Source: an uncultured Bacteroidaceae bacterium (GTDB lineage Bacteria; Bacteroidota; Bacteroidia; Bacteroidales; Bacteroidaceae). From it: 64,000 bases of DNA. Where the stretch lies: the NCBI GenBank assembly GCA_964512955.1, contig CAZEKX010000001.1, forward strand, positions 7,659 through 71,658, in the 5' to 3' direction. Position 1 is the stretch's first letter, and each line of letters starts with the position of its first letter. Below the pieces are notes generated by a model. The model had not been told where the DNA came from and did no database searches. It saw only the letters and a list, made by a program, of their open reading frames with translations. Shown here in pieces: positions 9,787 through 18,174 of this stretch. Both the position numbers and the translations under genes were made by a program.

Positions 9787-10947
9787 ATGAAGACAAGTTT
9801 CCCTGTTGAGAAATTCGGAAATATAGATACACCGTTTTACTATTACGATGTAGAACTGCTTAAGGCTACATTGAATGTTGCATTAAACGAGGCTTCTAAA
9901 TACAGCGGTTTCAATATACACTATGCTGTAAAAGCAAACTTCAACCCTTCGATATTGCAAATAATATGTAATGCCGGTATGGGAGCCGACTGTGTGAGTG
10001 GTGGAGAGGTTAAGGCTGCACTTGCTGCCGGTATTCCTGCATCTAAAATAGTATTTGCCGGTGTTGGTAAAACAGACAAAGAGATTGCTGCATCACTCGA
10101 TGCTGGAATATTCTGTTTCAATGTAGAATCGCTTCCCGAAATATATGCCATTGAGGCATTGGCATCGGAGCGTGGTATAACTGCATCTGTGGCAATTCGT
10201 GTAAATCCAAATGTTGTGGCACATACACATGCAAATATAACTACGGGCTTAGCCGAGAATAAGTTCGGTATAAATTACGAACAACTCGACGAGGTAATAG
10301 ATGTTATAGAAAAATGTCGACATTTGTCTTTGATTGGTTTGCATTTCCACATTGGGTCGCAAATATTGGATATGAACGATTTTGTAACACTATGCAACAG
10401 AGTGAATGAACTGCAGGATATGTTGCAAGAGCAACGTAATATGGTACTTCCTCACATAAATGTGGGAGGTGGTTTGGGTGTACGTTACGATGTTCCCGAT
10501 GAATATCCCATTCCCGACTTTGCAAACTATTTTGCAACATACGCCAAACATCTTAAATTGCGTGAAGGACAGCAACTGCATTTTGAACTTGGACGCAGTA
10601 TTGTTGCACAGTGTGGAACATTGCTTTCTCGTGTAACTTATGTTAAGAGTGGAACACGAAAAAAGTTTGTAATTGTAGATGCCGGTATGAACGACCTGTT
10701 GCGTCCGGCACTTTACGATGCGCACCATTGTATTGAGAACCTGAGTTCGCACTCGGGTGAAGAGACTTATGATGTTGTGGGTCCTATATGCGAATCTTCC
10801 GATGTGTTTGACAAGGATATAAAACTGCCAATAACACATCGTGGCGACCTTATTGCAATGAGAACAGCAGGAGCATACGGTGAGGCAATGTCCTTTGGAT
10901 ACAATTGTAGAGAATTACCCGGGGTAGTCCTTTCCAACGAATTATAA
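9787..10947 (+). CDS. lysA: Diaminopimelate decarboxylase
   Basis: HYAVKANFNP (PLP lysine), HFHIGSQ, GGGLGV and GPICESSD motifs. Confidence 0.92.
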   Translation: MKTSFPVEKFGNIDTPFYYYDVELLKATLNVALNEASKYSGFNIHYAVKANFNPSILQIICNAGMGADCVSGGEVKAALAAGIPASKIVFAGVGKTDKEIAASLDAGIFCFNVESLPEIYAIEALASERGITASVAIRVNPNVVAHTHANITTGLAENKFGINYEQLDEVIDVIEKCRHLSLIGLHFHIGSQILDMNDFVTLCNRVNELQDMLQEQRNMVLPHINVGGGLGVRYDVPDEYPIPDFANYFATYAKHLKLREGQQLHFELGRSIVAQCGTLLSRVTYVKSGTRKKFVIVDAGMNDLLRPALYDAHHCIENLSSHSGEETYDVVGPICESSDVFDKDIKLPITHRGDLIAMRTAGAYGEAMSFGYNCRELPGVVLSNEL

Positions 10948-10957
10948 CAGTATCATA

Positions 10958-11608
10958 ATGGAAAAGAGATATACTGTAGGTGAAGAGTATGTGAACTCAA
11001 TATCGCATGGTCTGGGAACTATTATGGGACTGGTTGTCTGCGTGATATTTCTTATACAGGGATATCAAGAAGGTGATGCAATAGATAAACTCTCGTTGTG
11101 GTTGTATCTGTTCGGTGTGGTGAGTTCCTACCTTTTCTCAACCATTTACCATGCTTCTGCAAAGAGCAAATGGCGTTCTCTTTGGCGTAAATTCGACCAT
11201 GCAGCCATATATTGGCATATAGCAGGAAGTTACTCTCCAGTAGCACTTATTGCTTTACGCGATGTTGGTTATTGGGGGTGGGGTATCTTCATTTTTTGTT
11301 GGTTATGTGCAATAGTCGGTACAATTCTTACTTTCTTTAATTTAAAGAAACAGAGTAAGTTGGAAACGGTGTGTTATGTTCTTATGGGGCTTACTATACT
11401 CGTTGCATTAAAGCCTTTTTACGAGCATGTTGGTTTCTGGATATTCTTTTGGATTGTGGCAGAAGGAGTGGCATATATTACAGGTGCTGTGTTGTATAGT
11501 TTTCACAAAGTGAAATATATACATTCTGTATTCCACATTTTTGTGATTTTGGGAGATATATGCCACATGATTGCTGTTTGGAGAATTCTGACTAATTTGT
11601 TGATATAG
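10958..11608 (+). CDS. Hemolysin III / PAQR-family membrane protein
   Basis: 216 aa with 7 predicted TM helices. Motifs are EEYVNSISHGLG, HAAIYWHIAGSYSP and the C-terminal HxFV region. Confidence 0.85.
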   Translation: MEKRYTVGEEYVNSISHGLGTIMGLVVCVIFLIQGYQEGDAIDKLSLWLYLFGVVSSYLFSTIYHASAKSKWRSLWRKFDHAAIYWHIAGSYSPVALIALRDVGYWGWGIFIFCWLCAIVGTILTFFNLKKQSKLETVCYVLMGLTILVALKPFYEHVGFWIFFWIVAEGVAYITGAVLYSFHKVKYIHSVFHIFVILGDICHMIAVWRILTNLLI

Positions 11609-12036
11609 AGTAGTTTATACGTTGTGGTTTGCTCATGCTAAAAAAAATCTTGCATTTTTTCTTGAAAAAAGTGTAAGATTTTTTGTTTTTATCACACTAT
11701 ATAATGAACATTAAAACAAAAGTATCATGAATTCCAAAAAGAGTATTAATAGTATGGTTTTATTGCTAAACAATATTTTGAATTGTATGGGAATTAATAT
11801 TATAGTTGTTAGTAGTAAAAATGATTTTTTAAAACAGATATTTGAGAAAAAAATGAAATATGCAGGCTTTGTAATTGTAAAGTCACGTTATTGGTTTCGT
11901 GTATTTTATATAAATACCAATAAAATACTGTTTTCATCAAAAAAATAAGTATATCATTGATGCTTACCGGAGGGGGACTGTCCCGTATACCTAAACTGTT
12001 TTCTTATTCAGTCTTTGGTATTACGGGGCAGTATTT

Positions 12037-13128
12037 TTAAATAAGTTTTCTCCAGAAATAATGCCATGTTTTGAATATAGGTGCCCACAAAACCTCCGAT
12101 GGGTACATACTTATAAAACGCATATTTCGTACGCTATTATAATATACTCTTTTTATAAGGTTGTTGTATTCTTTGTGTTTTATACGTTCGTCGTAGTGTC
12201 CGAAGTTTCCTGCAAGCATAATCTCGTTTAATAGGAATTCTCCATCACTAACAGATTGTTCGGTAAGCATGAATCTCTCTTCCAGTCCAAAAGCCTTTTG
12301 CATTACATACATTGTTGCTTTTGTAAAGCGTATCATGCCAAGTTCTTTTAGTGTTTTTAGCGTGTCTTTTTTCTCTCTCTCGCTGAATCCTTGCTTTAGA
12401 ACGTAGTAGTAATCCAGAAGTTGTCTTAATCCTATACCCTCGCTAAAAAGATGTCGATATATGTGTACAAGTATATATACTCTGTTAAATGCTAAAGAAG
12501 AGAATGTACCTTTTTTCTCGCAATTATCAATACTTATATAATTGTTAAATTCATCTTTTGAGAATGTTTTAAAGAAGTCCTGCAATTTTTTGTTTTTAAA
12601 ATAGTTATTCATCCATGTAGGAGTAAAATGTATCTCAATATCAGCCTCTTTTAGTATTGGAAAATCTACATGGTGATACACCGGTTTGCATTCAGGAAAG
12701 AATTTGCGTACATATTTTATTGTCTCTTTTTTATTACCATCCAACCATATATCGATATCACCCGATGTACGAAGTGATGGTTGCGGATATAAAAGTGCAA
12801 CTCCTTGTCCCTTCAATACAACATTTTTGAACCCTTCCCGACGAAATTTATCGGAGACTCTTACCGAGACATCGTTCAATCTCATATTGTCGCTCTTAAT
12901 GCGCTCACACAAAACAATCCATTGCATTAGAATGTTTTTGGGTGGACGCTGTGTTTCGTTTAGCCTCTCTAAGGCACAAAACAATATACCAATCAGTGTC
13001 TGTTTTTTTGCGGTATCGAATAGTTCTTTCCAACACTCTTCGTCAATATTCTCAGGCAGAGTGAACCCCGACCCAATGGCACAGCGTAACAAATTAAAAA
13101 ATATTTCGGTGGTGGAGTTTTTATCCAT
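12037..13128 (-). CDS. Uncharacterised nucleotidyltransferase-family protein (NTP_transf_5-like)
   Basis: Carries GDIDIW..., a nucleotidyltransferase-type acidic motif, and overall resembles Bacteroidales proteins annotated as nucleotidyltransferase family protein. The ATG at 13128 is preferred, because the ORF-track start at 13194 is a TTG. Confidence 0.5.
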   Translation of the reverse strand: MDKNSTTEIFFNLLRCAIGSGFTLPENIDEECWKELFDTAKKQTLIGILFCALERLNETQRPPKNILMQWIVLCERIKSDNMRLNDVSVRVSDKFRREGFKNVVLKGQGVALLYPQPSLRTSGDIDIWLDGNKKETIKYVRKFFPECKPVYHHVDFPILKEADIEIHFTPTWMNNYFKNKKLQDFFKTFSKDEFNNYISIDNCEKKGTFSSLAFNRVYILVHIYRHLFSEGIGLRQLLDYYYVLKQGFSEREKKDTLKTLKELGMIRFTKATMYVMQKAFGLEERFMLTEQSVSDGEFLLNEIMLAGNFGHYDERIKHKEYNNLIKRVYYNSVRNMRFISMYPSEVLWAPIFKTWHYFWRKLI

Positions 13129-13220
13129 AATGTAGTAGTGTTTGTTATAATTCTGCAACTCGAAATTTTTATTCTGTTGTGAACTTTGGAGCAAAGTTAA
13201 GAATTTAAAATAGTATATGG

Positions 13221-13241
13221 TTAGAAGTTGTTCAAATTTCT
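13221..13241 (+). repeat. 21-bp motif copy 1 (TTAGAAGTTGTTCAAATTTCT)
   Basis: Direct repeat of 14087-14107 and 34554-34574, with 20/21 identity to each. It lies 46 nt upstream of the knob-domain gene. Confidence 0.85.
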
Positions 13242-13286
13242 TCGCAAAGAGACAAATCTATAATAAGTAACGTAAATAGTTGTATC

Positions 13287-14090
13287 ATGAAAAAAAGAAG
13301 AGTAGTATTAAGTCGCTCGGGTGTTACATCGTCTGTTGTGTATCATTCGGTAAACAGTGCAAAAAAAGAGGATAAATCGAACAAGGTTTCTCGCTTTAGT
13401 GAAGTTCCCGATGATGAGCATTATCCTACTGAAAAACTTCTGTTCGATGAAATTTCCAAGGAGTGTAATCGTGCAATGGAGAGTGAGAGTAAAATTAGTA
13501 AGAGAGTGGACAACTGCCAAACGATATATAATGTTACCTGGGGTGCAAAAAGTAATATAAACAATTTTGTAGTTGCAGGTATATATTGTTTGTTGGGTGA
13601 ACGTTTGTCGACAGACGATGGTTTGCCAATAGATAATGCCGGTTCCGGACATAAAATATCGGCAAGGTTGAATGTGATAGACTCATCTACAACTAATAAA
13701 AGATGCTTGACTCAAATTCTTGAACTTTCGAATAATGCCGGTGGAGACTCAAATATATATATAAGAACAGGAATATCTGCTTCGGAGTCATCCTCTTCAT
13801 CGTTGGTCTGGTCATCCTGGCAGAAACTTCAAGGTATTGTAAATATACCGGCAACATTGTCTTACGACACATTTATTGACAATGGTATGTATAGTGGTGT
13901 GCATTTGCCTATGGGTGATATGTTTCTTCTTATTGTATTGAATAACTATGCTGTAGTTTCAAAAATGGGAAAAACCCGTTCTATTGCCCAAATTAAAATA
14001 TTGTTGAGTGTGAGTGGCGGTATAACCCTGCAAAAAAGGGTGGGGCAAGGAGATACAGATATTACTTGGGGAAATTGGTCGAATATTTAG
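13287..14090 (+). CDS. Phage tail-fibre-like protein with two tandem knob-type (pyocin-knob-like) domains
   Basis: The N-terminal SEVPDDEHYPTEKLLFDEI motif is common in Bacteroidales phage fibres. Two repeats follow of the pattern N..V.(A/N)G(I/M)Y ... L.V ... (T/A)QI ... R ... W..W, spanning NNFVVAGIYCLLGE...LVWSSWQKL and DTFIDNGMYSGVHL...ITWGNWSNI. There are no other phage genes nearby. Confidence 0.5.
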   Translation: MKKRRVVLSRSGVTSSVVYHSVNSAKKEDKSNKVSRFSEVPDDEHYPTEKLLFDEISKECNRAMESESKISKRVDNCQTIYNVTWGAKSNINNFVVAGIYCLLGERLSTDDGLPIDNAGSGHKISARLNVIDSSTTNKRCLTQILELSNNAGGDSNIYIRTGISASESSSSSLVWSSWQKLQGIVNIPATLSYDTFIDNGMYSGVHLPMGDMFLLIVLNNYAVVSKMGKTRSIAQIKILLSVSGGITLQKRVGQGDTDITWGNWSNI

Positions 14091-14107
14091 AAGTTGTTTA
14101 AATCTCT
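14087..14107 (+). repeat. 21-bp motif copy 2 (TTAGAAGTTGTTTAAATCTCT)
   Basis: Overlaps the TAG stop of the knob-domain gene. It is a direct repeat of 13221-13241. Confidence 0.85.
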
Positions 14108-14112
14108 ATAAA

Positions 14113-14147
14113 AATTAAGGGTTGCACACAAAGTGCAACCCTTAATT
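14113..14147. terminator. Bidirectional hairpin terminator between the knob gene and the GH85 gene
   Basis: aattaagggttgcac / acaaa / gtgcaacccttaatt, a 15-bp perfect stem. Confidence 0.75.
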
Positions 14148-14164
14148 CGATATTATTAAAATTA

Positions 14165-17100
14165 TTACTTTTTAATTTTGAATGAACGTAGCGCTTTGCC
14201 CTCCTTCATTATAGTTACAACATATACTCCTTCGCTCGCTCCGGCAAGTGAAATGGTGCGTAACTCTCCTGCACGAGCCTCAAATATATCCGACGCAACA
14301 CGTTTTCCATCGGCTGAGAATACAATAACATCGTATATGCCATCTGCCGCGAACAGAACATCGGCAGTACCGTCGAATGCATTAGGATAAATCATATATC
14401 CGTTCTCTGCATTAACATCTTCAATGTCTGTTACTACAATGTAATCGGTAATGGTTTTTGATACAGAACCCCATGAGTTATTTGCAGTAAGTGTTACCGA
14501 ATATTTACCATCTTCTACCAATTTGTACTTTGCACTTGCTGTTTCGTCGGTAGAACCATTTAGTACTGCACCATCGAGCAACCAGCGCGAAGACTCATAT
14601 TTAATGGGGAAACTACCGGTTAGCATGGGAACACCAAGTGCTGTTGTCAATTGATTCTGTTTGTAGTCGGTATTTACATTGTTTTCACTCTTTCCTGTAG
14701 TCATATATGCACCGGCAACTGCTGTTGCATTCTTTCCACTGTTAGGGAAGTATATATAACCATCACTGTCTGTTTCTGTACTTTCAAATGTAAAGTATCC
14801 TTCAAGGTTATCGGGTATATCGGCTGCTTCGTAGCCCTTCATCGATGCCAATACCTCTGTAGCAGTAAGTGTCTTACTCCATATCTGTACCTCATCTACC
14901 CAACCTGTGAAACTTGCAAGGTTTGTCATAGAACCACCAACATAGAACTTTGCACCGTTCCAATTCTTAGGACCGGAACCACGTGATTGACAACTGATAA
15001 CCTCTTTGCCGTTAAGATACATCTTAATGTTTCTTCCGTCCTTTGTTACGCAGACATGGTACCATACACCGGGTTGTAAAGAGTAACCATCTGTCAAACC
15101 GTCTACATCGTTGTTGTGCTCATAGTTAAGTGTTCCGGCAGGAGGCGCATCGAAGCATACTGAAAGTTCGTTCTCTGCATTGTCGCGTTTGATGTTATTA
15201 TTTGCTGCATAACCGGCAGGACGTATTGCTGTCCACATCTCACCCCAAACTTTGTCGGTCCATGTTCCATTGTAATTACGATTTACCTTGGTCATGAGCA
15301 ATGTTCCTAATGATGCATGCTCGAACTTCTCAACTTTAAACCAAAGAGCAAAAGATGTATTCTTGTATTGGCTCATAATACCTGCATCAACAGTAAGTTG
15401 ATAAGGTTCACTCATGTATAGTGATTGTGATACTGTACATGGTGCATCGTCGTATTCTGTACCTTTGTTAATGTCAGCGGTAAAGTTTACCTCATTATTT
15501 GCCGGTGAAATCTCTGTAACATCCGATGTAATGTTGTTAATTTGTGGCAGGCGTCCGGTCTTCTCCGGGCTCACAAGGATAAGTGAGCGGTTCATCAACT
15601 CTTTCCCGTTTGTGGTAATCTTAACATCGTAACTTCCTACTTCGGGGAGAGTTGTTGTTGTCTTAAGTACGCCCTTTTCGCTTGCAACAAGTTCACCACT
15701 GAATGCATTGTATATCTCAATATCAGAAACAGAGTGGTTGGGATCTTCGAAACCAATAGTGAACTCTTCATTGGGCTTAATTACATCTTTGTCTACAGTA
15801 AGAGTCTCTATCAATGTGAGTTCTTGTACAATCTCGTCGCTCCATACAATTTCACTCTTTGTACGACCATCTTTGCCCACAGCGCGTACTCCAATTTGAA
15901 CAGCATCTACACCAATAATCATGGGGGCATCCACTGCGTATGCAGCCCAAGATGTTGTTGTTGTTACAAGTGTCTCTTTCTCTCCCTGTTTAACCCAAAT
16001 TTCGTAGTACCATGTATCAACCTCTTCGTTGTAAATGGGGCAACCCTCATATTCGGCTTTGCGTGATGCCGGTGCGGGCATATCCCAAATAATTTTAATG
16101 TCAGCACGGTCGTAGAAACGTTTCATAACCTCGGAATGGGTAATGATTGGTGTTGCAGGTGTCTCGTTGAACGATGCGGGAACAAATGCAAATTCACCGA
16201 GTAAAGCCTCGTAGTTTTCGGTTGTGTTTTGTACCGAAAGACCTACGCAACCAATAACATCGCCTGCTGTCAAGCCTGCTTCTGAAGCCTTAATAACAAC
16301 ACTGTTCCATTCGCCGGCCTTAATCTCTTTTGGTAAGGTTACATTGACAAAATTATTCTCAGAACCCTCCTTGGATACCATTAATTGCAAGTGTGATGTT
16401 GCAACATTTGGCTTGTATACAAGACGGAACTCGTCATCACCGCTCTCAACACTCCATTTTGTTGCAAACAGGCGAACATCTGAACGCTCTGTGGCACCGT
16501 GTATTTTTAAACATGAACCTGCAAACCATGCATCGTCGAATGTAAAGTCGAGTTGAACAGCCTGACTAGGAACAGTTCTGCCATCACCGTTATCTATCCA
16601 CCAACGCCATGTGGGCAATAGATCTTGCATTCCAATATTATACCATTTATGATTCCAGGTTGTAATACCTTCGTTATTCATGAAACGACCGTTACCAAGG
16701 TTGAAACGGGTTACAAAAGGTAATTCGTACAGAGTGGATTGTTCACGTACAGCCTTTGCATATCCATGCCATTTTTCAAGGTCGCTAAACGATGCAATTG
16801 TATTATCATTTTTTATAGCAGGAAGAGCAAGTACGTTTCTGTTACCGCCCGAGAATAGTAATTCTTGTTTCTTAACATATTCGTTCTGTACGGCATAGTC
16901 GCTCTGTCCTCCCTCTGTTGAACTAGTATAGAGTTGGCTGCGGTCGTGTGCGCCCCAAACTACAATACTTACCGGTTGACGCATAAGTGCTTCCCAGCCT
17001 GCATTTCCGTATGTTCCATAACCACGTCCTTGTTGGTCATAACCTGCGTAAACATCGAACGAGGAGCGTCCCAAACTCTTTGCTGTATTTACACTTGTAG

Positions 17101-17980
17101 AAAGTCCGCTTTCGCTCCAGTTGTAGTTAAGGAAAAACATATCGGTAACAGGTTGGTCCATTGTTTGATGGTGGAACCAATTCTGGTTGTTGCTACTAAG
17201 CATACAACCATTATCGTCTAACCCTCCATTGTTGTTGACAAATGCATACCAATCGACATGGAACGGGTGGTTTAATTCTTTAGCAATTTTGTGACATTCT
17301 GCAAGGAATGGAATAACGCGACTGTATACAACGTACCCCCAATAACCTTCAGGGTTAAATGTCAAACCGTCGATACCATAGTATTTAAGAAATTCAATCA
17401 GTTTTCGTGAATATTTATAACTATCTCCATGCTCGTTAGAAGCAGGAACTGCTAAATTAAATAAGGTTTTACCCGGTTCATCTAATTGATTTACAGCCAT
17501 AGCCCAGTCTATAAAATAGGTACATCCGGTAGCAACGCCATTCTTATGTGCTACGTCGTTGAATACTCCGGGTACACGCCACCAACTGTTCGACCAGTTT
17601 GAGTGGTATTTTATGTACTGCCACATACTGAAGTTATCACCGTCGAAATTGTAACGAGGCAAAGGACCCCATTTCTTGGTCATCTCTCCGGTGGGAACAC
17701 ACCAACCAAGGTTTTTGCCGTTTGTGTCGTCAAGGTCGGGGTTTGCTTGTGCTCCGGGGATAAAACGGTTTTTAATGGGTACACGTGAGATGAAGAAATT
17801 TTCATCGACATAGTTTGTGCCTGTACCCCAATTCTTACCCGGTTCCCAATTGTCTAATGCTTCTACAATGTTGTCGGGAATTGCATACTGCACATACATT
17901 TCGTGAGTTGGTACGCTTTGTGCAAACGCTCCCAAACACAACGATAATGTTGCTACTGAAAGTAAATGTTTGATTTTCAT
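14165..17980 (-). CDS. Secreted multidomain endo-beta-N-acetylglucosaminidase (GH85-like) with LamG-like lectin domain and T9SS C-terminal sorting domain
   Basis: Signal peptide MKIKHLLSVATLSLCLGAFAQ. GH85-like core with GIDGLTFNPEGYW (N-x-E catalytic pattern). LamG-like segment WYHVCVTKDGRNIKMYLNGKEV...VDEVQIWSKTL. The C-terminal ~80 aa beta-sandwich (YPNAFDGTADVLF...VYVVTIMKEGKALRSFKIKK) is typical of T9SS CTDs. Confidence 0.65.
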   Translation of the reverse strand: MKIKHLLSVATLSLCLGAFAQSVPTHEMYVQYAIPDNIVEALDNWEPGKNWGTGTNYVDENFFISRVPIKNRFIPGAQANPDLDDTNGKNLGWCVPTGEMTKKWGPLPRYNFDGDNFSMWQYIKYHSNWSNSWWRVPGVFNDVAHKNGVATGCTYFIDWAMAVNQLDEPGKTLFNLAVPASNEHGDSYKYSRKLIEFLKYYGIDGLTFNPEGYWGYVVYSRVIPFLAECHKIAKELNHPFHVDWYAFVNNNGGLDDNGCMLSSNNQNWFHHQTMDQPVTDMFFLNYNWSESGLSTSVNTAKSLGRSSFDVYAGYDQQGRGYGTYGNAGWEALMRQPVSIVVWGAHDRSQLYTSSTEGGQSDYAVQNEYVKKQELLFSGGNRNVLALPAIKNDNTIASFSDLEKWHGYAKAVREQSTLYELPFVTRFNLGNGRFMNNEGITTWNHKWYNIGMQDLLPTWRWWIDNGDGRTVPSQAVQLDFTFDDAWFAGSCLKIHGATERSDVRLFATKWSVESGDDEFRLVYKPNVATSHLQLMVSKEGSENNFVNVTLPKEIKAGEWNSVVIKASEAGLTAGDVIGCVGLSVQNTTENYEALLGEFAFVPASFNETPATPIITHSEVMKRFYDRADIKIIWDMPAPASRKAEYEGCPIYNEEVDTWYYEIWVKQGEKETLVTTTTSWAAYAVDAPMIIGVDAVQIGVRAVGKDGRTKSEIVWSDEIVQELTLIETLTVDKDVIKPNEEFTIGFEDPNHSVSDIEIYNAFSGELVASEKGVLKTTTTLPEVGSYDVKITTNGKELMNRSLILVSPEKTGRLPQINNITSDVTEISPANNEVNFTADINKGTEYDDAPCTVSQSLYMSEPYQLTVDAGIMSQYKNTSFALWFKVEKFEHASLGTLLMTKVNRNYNGTWTDKVWGEMWTAIRPAGYAANNNIKRDNAENELSVCFDAPPAGTLNYEHNNDVDGLTDGYSLQPGVWYHVCVTKDGRNIKMYLNGKEVISCQSRGSGPKNWNGAKFYVGGSMTNLASFTGWVDEVQIWSKTLTATEVLASMKGYEAADIPDNLEGYFTFESTETDSDGYIYFPNSGKNATAVAGAYMTTGKSENNVNTDYKQNQLTTALGVPMLTGSFPIKYESSRWLLDGAVLNGSTDETASAKYKLVEDGKYSVTLTANNSWGSVSKTITDYIVVTDIEDVNAENGYMIYPNAFDGTADVLFAADGIYDVIVFSADGKRVASDIFEARAGELRTISLAGASEGVYVVTIMKEGKALRSFKIKK

Positions 17981-18110
17981 AAAATCATTTTTTAAAGTTG
18001 TTATTTAAATATGGTATTAAACTATTTTTATGAAAGTAGGCAAATATGTGAATTTTTATTTTTATACACAATAATTACACCCTGTTTTTATGGACAATAA
18101 TAGAAATAAT

Positions 18111-18154
18111 ACATAAATCTGAGCACAAAACCGGTTTTGTGCTCAGATTTATGT
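18111..18154 (-). terminator. Hairpin terminator (44-bp perfect palindrome, 22-nt arms) downstream of the S41 protease gene
   Basis: acataaatctgagcacaaaacc | ggttttgtgctcagatttatgt. Confidence 0.75.
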
Positions 18155-18174
18155 ATTTTATAGAGAAAAATATG

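Noticed and set aside
11727-11948. 73-aa plus-strand ORF in the AT-rich gap after the hemolysin III gene.
   Set aside because: Its composition (Ile/Asn/Lys/Phe-rich) mirrors the AT-rich DNA. It has no motif and no convincing start context. It is kept only as part of a low-interest note on the region.
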